From NCBI GenBank assembly GCA_012026655.1, contig JAAILG010001123.1:1-64000 (forward strand): a stretch of 64,000 bases of DNA, given 5' to 3'. The first letter of the stretch is position 1. Each line of letters begins with the position of its first letter. This stretch comes from Hydrolagus affinis (taxonomy: Eukaryota). This document shows, piece after piece, positions 52,601 to 61,164 of this stretch. A program made the translations under genes and the position numbers. A model generated the notes under the pieces. The model was not told the DNA's origin and did no database searches. It saw only the letters and a program-made list of their open reading frames with translations.

Positions 52601-54235
52601 AGACCTGGGGGCACACATAGGGGCTGATCATGCAGTGTAACCATAGGTAGGGTAGGAGAAAGACACAAGTAATCTCACTATTTCATTTGTGTTAGCAAAT
52701 TTCTAAAGTGAAATTTCTTTATTCGGCAAAGAAATTTGAGAAGTTTGAGAGTATCGCATAAGCTTGCTTACTCCACACATACATATAATAATAATCAGTT
52801 AAAAAAAAACTAGAATAAAAATTGGTCATTTTCAATCCACGACTGTTTGTGGGACACTGCTGTGCGAATTTGGCTGCTGCGTTTCACCCACGAATATAGA
52901 GTAAATTCACTTTACAGTATATTCTGTGAAGCGCTTTGAGAAGCCTAGAAGATGTGAAAAGCGCTATATCAAATGCAAAGCATATTATTATTATTAATTA
53001 TTATGGGTCTTCAGGGCACCTCGCTCTTCCAAGACATAATGTCAAGGATGAGAGCCCTACCGCCCAGCCATTGCTTTTTCCTGACTGCGTTAGGGATACA
53101 GGTGTGATGAGTGCTGATCTGTCACTGCCCCCAGTGTGATGCTGTTGTCTTTGGCAGGATAAGAAGGATTAAAAATATACTGTTTGCTTTTTTTGGCAGT
53201 GCTCATTGCTCACAAGTGGTCCCTGTTTGTTTCTGGCTCTGGAGAGAGATAATGCCATATCTTGTTTCAACATACTGTTAAGCAGGTGAGTGCATCCTAA
53301 ACATTCTGGCTGTTATGGATACTGCAATGCGCAGAAATACGGTGTTTAAAATGGAATTGAGGCATGAAACCCCCTTTGTAGTGTGTGCTCATATTTTCCC
53401 TATTATTTTTTGCTTCCTGTGGGATGATTGAAGAGCGTACGCAGTAGATCAACCGATCCCTGAAATGGCAGGAAAAAATCTGAATTTAAATTAGAAATCA
53501 ACTTGTTTACTGCGTAATTACCAAATCAACACTTCCTGTCTGTTTCAGGATTTCCTGGGACAAATTGCAGCTCCAGGAATATCTGCAATATCTCATCTAC
53601 CCAAAGACTGAGAAACAGGCAAGTGATCTGTGCATTCTCCAGCACAGACATCATTAGCAGCATTGGGGGTCCGAATGTCTGGCTGATTTATATTCCTCAT
53701 AAATATGGTCACACATTAACCACCTGATGATGCAGTGCTGGGATGTCAGTCTGGACCATAAAAGAATGTGAAATTTTGTTTATCACAGCAGTTCCCATAA
53801 TCGGTTAGGATGCATTTGGCAGCTCCAGGTTTCTTCATGTGATGCAAACATTTAGAAAACATTCTTGTAGTACAGATTGCTGCCAGCTGGCAAGCACACA
53901 TAAGAGATAAAATGGTGTTAAAGATGACATTAATGCCTAGTTAAGCAAGAAAGTACAGATATGTTTCAGAAGCACTGCATTAGGTACAATGTGAAGGTGA
54001 TAAGATTTTTCATTCCATTGAAAAGTAATGAAACAGATCATCCATTATTCATCATGTGAAGATAGGGTTAGATTGTTGCTTGCTAGCTCTGACTATTGCT
54101 AACTTGCTGTGTTTGTGTTTCTGACAGGCGGAAAAATTACTCTGCTGTCTGTTTGATACTCTGGCTCCTCAGAGCATTCATTGCATCCAGCACCAGGATT
54201 CCATACCTAATGCAGGAGCAGCACTTGTACTGTAA
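34621..54235 (+). CDS. DNAAF8: Dynein axonemal assembly factor 8 (C16orf71/Daap1), long form with C-terminal tandem NDK-like domains (31 coding exons, ~1844 aa)
   Basis: Exons: 34621-34800, 35088-35198, 35400-36110, 36844-36952, 37935-38082, 38640-38837, 39096-39188, 39821-40243, 40501-40678, 41149-41337, 42256-42444, 42688-42882, 43297-43413, 43966-44110, 44475-44793, 45366-45475, 46034-46188, 46400-46538, 46675-46806, 47040-47234, 47713-48030, 48324-48389, 48739-48792, 49242-49411, 50037-50232, 50779-50873, 51132-51252, 52370-52584, 53200-53285, 53549-53618 (GC donor), 54128-54235. Total 5535 nt, all phases compatible. C16orf71-type motifs WDAIYAAVKDEIPSLDSDS, EIAIFQR, DLDRILQSL, QEKLMEQL, CTGKSMLLSQLR. 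Head-to-head with ANKS3 as in human. Confidence 0.88.
36260..36603 (-). mobile_element. Full-length tRNA-derived SINE
   Basis: Same family; contains a small internal duplication (tctccccagcttg x2). Confidence 0.9.
42490..42665 (-). mobile_element. SINE 3' portion ending ~20 nt before a DNAAF8 acceptor
   Basis: Reverse complement of the family tail and core. Confidence 0.75.
43530..43839 (-). mobile_element. Near full-length tRNA-derived SINE
   Basis: Same family, with a small deletion in the tRNA head. Confidence 0.88.
49545..49957 (+). mobile_element. SINE interrupted by an L2 3' fragment (~49722-49880)
   Basis: SINE head and core to ...gcgcaattggcc, then an L2 end with (TTG)n, then the SINE tail resumes at tattctgtgaag. 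Confidence 0.8.
52760..53004 (+). mobile_element. SINE lacking the tRNA head
   Basis: Family core and tail. Confidence 0.8.
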
Positions 54236-54456
54236 ACGCTGGATTCCTTCCTTGGCTCTTTGTCTCGGAGCAGCTGTGGTCTGGGAGACAACTTCCCAAA
54301 ATGTCATCACATTCACTTCCTCAGATCCTTGTGGGAAGAAACGGTTTCAAGTGGACAGAAAATGTTTTCACTGTTGATGTACGTAACCTTTATGTTCATT
54401 TTAAGGTTCTCACCAGTTTTTATTTTACCACATTTATCGTTCTGTTTGTTTTATTT

Positions 54457-54462
54457 AATAAA
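54457..54462 (+). terminator. Poly(A) signal of DNAAF8
   Basis: First AATAAA ~220 nt after the stop codon at 54235. Confidence 0.6.
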
Positions 54463-55826
54463 ATAGGCCTGAGGGAGCAGTAATACAGTTCATCCTAACT
54501 CTGCTGGCATTCAATTTGTAAAGTATTACTACGGTTTGCTCCCCAGCGAGATTCACAGATTAACTTTGTCTGAGCCTATCTATCCTCTGGAATCAGTACA
54601 GCAACAGCATGTCATGAAGGTTCTCACGTTCAATCATTTCCTACAATAGGGAAAATGTACACATGTTCGTTCATTTAAATTACCAATTTAATTTCCTGCG
54701 TGCTTAAGTTTGATTTCACTATTCAGCAGTTTATTTTGTAAAACTGAATTTTCATATCCTGTAACAAGAGAAGCCAAATGAAAGAGCAAGGCTGCTGTTT
54801 TTCTATTTAACATTAAATATTTAAATGTAAATGATTCTGTATGTTAGTTCTACAGGAACCAAATAAATCTATGTAAATTGCTTTTTGTGACATTGTATTC
54901 CTCAGTGAGTTTTCTGTACCTAATTAGCAATGACATTGGAATCAGCCTCATGTTCAACAAATGAGTATGTACTAGTGATGTAGCTAACAGCAATACTGAA
55001 TTCATTTAATTACTAAAGTCTTGCGTGCAGGATGACATCTCCAAGCGCTTTACAAGGATGATGTGATGAAGACTCTATCAAATAATTAAAGATTCCCATG
55101 TGAAAGATCAAAACTTTGCCCTCACTTTCAAGTGCCCCCATGTGAAAAAGAATTCCAGGAGTACAAGCATTGTTTTACCTTATTGTTTTTTTTAATAAAA
55201 TTTTGCCAGAAACTGGAAAGCACTGTTCAACAGGGCAACATTACTTGCAAAGTCTGGAATGTAGGAAACTGTAGACAGATTTTCCTCTTCAAGCAGTTTG
55301 CAAATCTGCTCCCTCAGCCAAAATACTGAAATCAACAACTTTACAGCACACATGATCAACAGTTAATAGAAAAGGTCATCTGAAACATGAGAGGTTTCTA
55401 ACATGATGGTCCATTATGCAGCGGAAACAGATCAGATTGGAGACGTTGTTCCCAATGGTCTAGTGTGACTCAAGATTTGTTACTGAAGAACCTGCTGGAT
55501 ATCCCACTCTGTGAACCAATCTCTTCCAGCTCCTGTCCTCACACAATAAACACACCTCACAAACCCTTCAACTTAAATACATTGAAAAAATGGCAACTGA
55601 TCTGCTGCATTCATGACCTTCAGTATCCAGCCCTTGTGCAATGTAGTCACAACTGATCATAGTTATAGCACCTGTAGTCCAGGAGTCCAGCTTGGATGTC
55701 GGAGACCTGAGTATTAAAGAGGAGGCAGACTCCTGGGCTAGGTTTGGATCTGAAACTGACTACTTTAAGTTCTGCAAATGAAGCCTGCAAGGCACACAAT
55801 GGTAAAACATACATTGAATTAATCGC

Positions 55827-58800
55827 TCAGAAGAAATTAAAGCAAAAATCTCCTTGGCTGGTTTGGAACAAACCACTCTCCTTTCCGATGCCAGTCTGTG
55901 AGTCTGTGGTGCAGGATTCCTGGGAGTGTTGACTGCTCTGCGACGCACATTTCCGGATTACTTTGCCCTTTGGAGTAACTTCACTGGTTTTAATACTGGC
56001 ACATTTTGCAGCTGAAACAAGAGACAAATTGCAATGAACCATGAACCAGCCTTTCTCTTCCTCCGCTCCCACCACAACACAGTGAACCACCCATCACCAT
56101 GTAATGTACTGCCAAGTGAGACAGGGATTAAAGCTCTTCTCACCTGCCTCCATCAGTTTCAGTTCTCTCTGCCACTCCACCTCCATTTTCTTCCTGTAGT
56201 CTCCAAACATCAATCGCATGAGCTGCCGCTTTTTTACGAGTGGAGCTTTCTTACTACGCAGGGTCCTCACAGCACGCAGTGCTTCCTCAGCTGAAAGGCA
56301 GAGAGTAGTAAATTTATCGTCCTGACAGCTACCTTGTATAGGGCACTGCTTCAGGCAGAGTTATCTAGTTTTACAGAACAAACCACCCCAAATCTGCTAT
56401 TAGTCTATCTAACTGCACTGTCAATTTTGAATTTTGAAATAAGAGAAAGTAAATCCAGAATAATACTTTCAGCAGCACCTCAACTGAAAAATGTCACTTC
56501 GGACTGTCGAGTTCTGTAGCTCAGTGGTTAGATCTCACGCCTTGCAGAGCGAGATCTTGGGCAGGTTTCCTTACTTCACACGTCTAATTATAATCCCTCA
56601 AAAAAAATCTATAATAATATTGGTCATTTTCATTCCACGACTGTTCGTGACACTGCTGTGAGCAATTGGCTGCCACGTTTCGCCCACATATACGGTCAAT
56701 TCACTTTACAGTATATTCTGTGAAATGCTTTCTGACGTCCTCCCGACGTGAAAAGCTACACAAATATAATATTGTTGTTGTTTGGAAGAGAAAAGTGAAA
56801 AGCGCTATATCAAATGCAATGATTATTATTATTATAATAAAGATTTCCCCCAGTGCTGCACTGGAGCATCAAACGAGACTGAGAGTTCAATACCTGACAT
56901 GGGGTTTGAAGCCCATTGCTTTCTGACCTAGATATGAGAGTGCTGCTGCCTGGGTCAAGCTGACACATACCAATCTGCTGTGTGGTGGCACAGCGAGGAT
57001 ACATTACTCCCCACTACTTTGAATGCCAATGAATTCTCAAAACTATGGTTCCACATGATTCATGCAAAACTGAAACATCAGATGCAAGTCCAGCTGTGAT
57101 CAACAGCAACAATTTACATTTATATGTTGTAGAGTCTTTCATGTCATAATCATGTACAGTTGTGTGATCTTCAGCTCCAAGCACATACCTTGTTTCTGAC
57201 TGCCTTTCTGACTGCGAAGCCCCAGCTCCAACTGTCCAACACACCAATCTACCTCCCGCTTTAGCTGCTCCTCTGGAGGCTGGGTGGGAGGTGGTTGGGG
57301 TGGGGGGGGGGGGGAGGAAGAGAAAGGAACGTGAGTTGTGTTGGACTTAAAACATCTACCCAATTCCTCTTTGAAGAATATATGGACTCTGCTTCAATCA
57401 CAGATTCCAATCTTTAAACGTTTGATAAGATCTTCCCTGATATTCTCTTCCCCAACGGGAACATTCAAAGCTTCTGTATTCTTTCCTCAGAACTGATCTG
57501 CCTAATTGTAGGGATCAAACTTGCTGCACTTCCTTCGGAGTAAACTGACCCTTACTGTAAAGACAACAAACAGAGCTATACACAGTACAGGAGTCAGATC
57601 AGGGCACTTTACAAGCCCAGCGTTATGTTCCTGTGTGTCCTCCTAGCTGTATAAGCGCCCTTCACACAAAATAGCATCTTAAGATTTATACACTACTACT
57701 CACAGGTCCCTCTCCTCGTGTGCAGTTATTTTTATTCAGTTGTCAGTTATCCCAGTTTTCTGGCTAGAATCAAATATCGATCCTGATATCATACTAATCC
57801 ACTGCACCTTCCCCATTACATCCCTGGTTTCCCACTTTGGAAACTTTTATGTATCCGTACCAGAGATGGCCCTTTGCCTTGAGCTGCACTGTCCTGGCTT
57901 TCTCCTTCCTGATGTGTGCCCTTGGCTGGCCTGCCAGATTTTTTCTTCTTCTTTTTCTTGGCTTTGGAGGTGACATTATCAACCGATTTCAGGGCTTCAG
58001 ATGTCTCAGAAGCTGGATTCTCATGTCCCACTACAGCCGCCAGCTTTTCCTCAGTGTCTTGATTCCCAACTGCTCCTGGGCTGGACAGCATTGTACAATG
58101 GACATCAGGTAAGGCTATTTGCTGAGCATCACCAGCAGCCTCAGGGATTGCAAATGTAAACATCTCTTGGACGTCAGTTCCTGAAGGGACGGCTGGGAAA
58201 TCAAGACCTACTGTCCCATTCAGAGATTCTTTTACGCCCACCCCACCTTCAACTGGTCTCTTTCTCTCAGAGATCACGGTGACTCCTGCTGCCTTCTCAG
58301 TCGGGTTCAGTGACTCAGTAATGTTGACCTGGCAGCTGTGGCCAGACTCCTGGACCCTCGTCTCTGCCTGGTTTGCGGGGCATCGGGGCTCCGATCCACC
58401 CGTTTCTGTCGTGCTCCCGGCAGATTGCTCGGTTTGTGCTGGTGTTGCTTTGGGCTCTGTGCAGAAAGGGATAATTAGTCAGCCACTAATGGTTTGCAAG
58501 CAAGAAAATATAATTTCACCAAGCCAATCCGCTCTGGCAAATCACAGCCCCAAGGTAAGTTCTCCTCTGTGTCCTTCATAAACACACCTGGATGGTTTTG
58601 AAACCCATTCATGCTGTCTGCTACAATGGTTTAATGGATAATTTACTCCAGGTATACAGTTGAGTCTAGTCACTAACTGCATTCCATGCACTCATTGCAA
58701 CTTCTGGAGTGAAATACTGAAGTCATTCGCTTGGTGTGATTGGCGAATAGCTGTTTTGTTTTCCAGCTCTCTTAGGCCAATCTCACAACCTGCTTTAATG

Positions 58801-59924
58801 TAAAACTCTCAGTTCTGCTAGAGTTCCTCATGATGCCTCCCATTGGCTTTGAAATATGTTACCTCGTCTACTACCCACCTTGCTGTGGTGACTCATCGAG
58901 GTGGGTTTGACCAGGTTCAAGCTGCTGGATGCACCATTTCAGATCCTCCTGGAAAGTCCCTTCAGGAGTCTGTGCCAGGAACAGGAAGGTTTAAGGAAAA
59001 AAATCACTACTAGCGCCAACAACAGAGCTAGGAGATCCAGACATCCACAACTCACTCTTTGTTCCCGTGTTATTTCTGTGTTATTCAGGACGTTGGGACG
59101 CCCTCCCTTCCCTCATTTTGAAATAATTAATAATCATAATTATTATTAGGCGTGTGGAGTAAGGAAACTTGCCCAAGGTTTCCACCCTGATCTGCCTGGA
59201 TTCGAACACAGGTCTCACGCTTGTAAGGCGAGTGCTCTAACCACTGAGCTACAGGCTGAAAGTGCTTGCATTCACTCTGCAATCACTCTGAATTTATAAC
59301 CAAGCATCTCACGCGTTCATCGTGCAACAGCTCGCCAAGGGGACTGCAAAACGGTTTGGAATAACCTTTTGCATTTATTTGACAAAGACAGCGTCCGAGA
59401 TCGCGTCACTGTGGAGTGGTCTCACGGAACGCGTAGATTAAGTAATTAACTTATTAATTAACAGGAGATTAAAATTGCGCGCGGGCGCGGGCGGAACGCA
59501 GCGCAGCCGATTGTGCAGAGCAGCGTCCCACAGACAGAGGGGGGGGGGCCGGGAACACTCCGCAGCCTCCGCGGAGAGAGAGGGAAAGTTTCTGGTCCAC
59601 AAACCTCCTGTGAGGGCGAGGAAAGCCAATCAACCCGAAATGCTGACTCGCTTTTCCGCTCTCCATGGATGCTGCCTGACCCGCTCCGCTGAGAGGATCC
59701 CGGCCATTTTTTGTTTCAGATTTTCTTGCAGGATTTTGGCTGTTTTTTGTGTGTGTGTGTGTCTCCCACCCCCCTCCCCCCCCCACACACACATACATAC
59801 ACACACACATACACATGGGTCGATTCAGTGCGCCACAGTGATCAGCCAGTAGCCGGGAGCCACGGTCTGTCCAACAGATCAACCCCAACCTCACCTCCTC
59901 CTCCTCCAGCATCACCGCCGCCAT
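55827..59924 (-). CDS. C8orf33: UPF0488 protein C8orf33 homolog (6 exons, ~379 aa)
   Basis: Minus exons 59924-59895 (MAAVMLEEEE), 58969-58879, 58456-57861 (Lys run KAKKKKKKK), 57279-57189 (EVDWCVGQLELGLRSQK), 56290-56144 (RTLRSKKAPLVKKRQLMRLMFGDYRKKME), 56011-55827 (ends FCFNFF*). Total 1140 nt in frame; the motifs and the terminal FxFNFF match C8orf33 as recalled. The first exon is less certain than the rest. Confidence 0.88.
56509..56840 (+). mobile_element. tRNA-derived SINE with an L2-type tail nested in its 3' end
   Basis: Head ctgtagctcagtggttag, core, gacgtcctcccgacgtgaaaag...(TTG)n, then the SINE tail. Confidence 0.82.
59140..59255 (-). mobile_element. SINE 5' (tRNA-like) portion
   Basis: Reverse complement of the head with intact A and B boxes. 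Confidence 0.8.
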
Positions 59925-59941
59925 TCACAACCCTTCACCCC

Positions 59942-60093
59942 GGCCCAAGGGGTCCGTCACTCAAACCCTTCCCTCCCGCCCACCAAACACACACACTCAC
60001 AGGGCCAGGGGGTCCGTCACTCAAACCCTTCCCTCCCGCCCACCAAACACACACACTCACAGGGCCAGGGGGTCCGTCACTCAAACCCTTCCC
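59942..60093. repeat. 60-bp tandem repeat, ~2.5 near-identical copies
   Basis: Unit gggtccgtcactcaaacccttccctcccgcccaccaaacacacacactcacagggccagg repeats with exact 60-nt period. Confidence 0.95.
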
Positions 60094-61003
60094 CCGTTGA
60101 GCATACTGGACACACACATAGACAGACAGACAGACACACACACACAGAGGTGTTATTATGGCTCGGAGTGTCCCACCAACAAAATGCTGGTTCAAGGCAG
60201 AAAAAAAGATTTGTTGCTGAAAGGAATGTTATTCTCCTTGGGGTGGGTGGGGAGATGGGGGCCCCTGAGATGCCATCACTACTGTCACAACTCATACGTT
60301 TTGTTGGATGCCCATTTTTTTCCTCTGGATTTTTCTCGCGGGTGAGACATTAAAGCAAAGCCCTCTCTCTCTCTCTCTCTCTCTGCCTGTTCTCACGGCG
60401 GACGACATCGGCCCGATTCCCCCCGAGACGCTTTTTGGAAAAGAGAAAGGATTTCTCCGTCCGACATCGAATCGTTCTTTCGCCTCTCGGGAGGTTGTGA
60501 GAACCTGCGAGGCGAGTGCCGTCAACAACAACAACAACAACAAAATTACACTTGTAGAGCTAAGCGCCTTTCACATATCAACCGAGTCAAGCTGACAACG
60601 ACAGAGAGAGAGGATCTGAATCTTGTCTGTTCATGGCAGCATGCTTCATTGCTTCTCCACGAGCGATGTGTCACGGGGGCAGCAAGATTTGTGCCAGTAA
60701 TGTTATTTTCTAGGCTCAAAGGACAAACTCTTACTAATTTGTATAATTCTAATACAGACGCCATTGATTTGTAAATTAAGAATACAATTTAGGGGAATAT
60801 TTAATGTAATGTTAAACAATAATAACTTCAATTTATATCGCGCCCTCCACGCCGGACAGCGTCTCAGAGCGCTTGACAAAAGCATAGTGTTAAAGCATAT
60901 TGGAGTCTCTGATTTATTAATTCATTCATTCAACACAGACTCGCAACGTTCCAGAATTATTAATGTTCTATGCTTGAAACATTCTTAAACTGTTTCAACT
61001 TTT

Positions 61004-61017
61004 GTTGCCATGGTAGA
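61004..61017. promoter_or_regulatory. RFX X-box-like site upstream of PDZD9
   Basis: GTTGCCATGGTAGA ~150 bp upstream of the putative ATG (consensus GTTGCCATGGCAAC). Confidence 0.5.
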
Positions 61018-61164
61018 TTTGATTTCATAGCTCATTGCTGACCAAAACAGTCACTTTGCAGTAACTAGTAATGACACATTTGGTTAAAGTATTGAGTCCT
61101 TTAAGCAGCGCGGCCTTCCTTCCAAATGTCTACTCACCAAGAAAATAAAAATTCTATTCTCTCA

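Noticed and set aside
59648-59666. Alternative first coding exon of C8orf33 (MESGKA)
   Set aside because: The donor is weak; ATGGCGGCG at 59924 with a GTGAGG donor fits the phase of the next exon better. Not fully excluded as a minor start.
59942-60093. CRISPR-like repeat array
   Set aside because: The units are contiguous and identical with no unique spacers; the locus is eukaryotic and has no cas genes.
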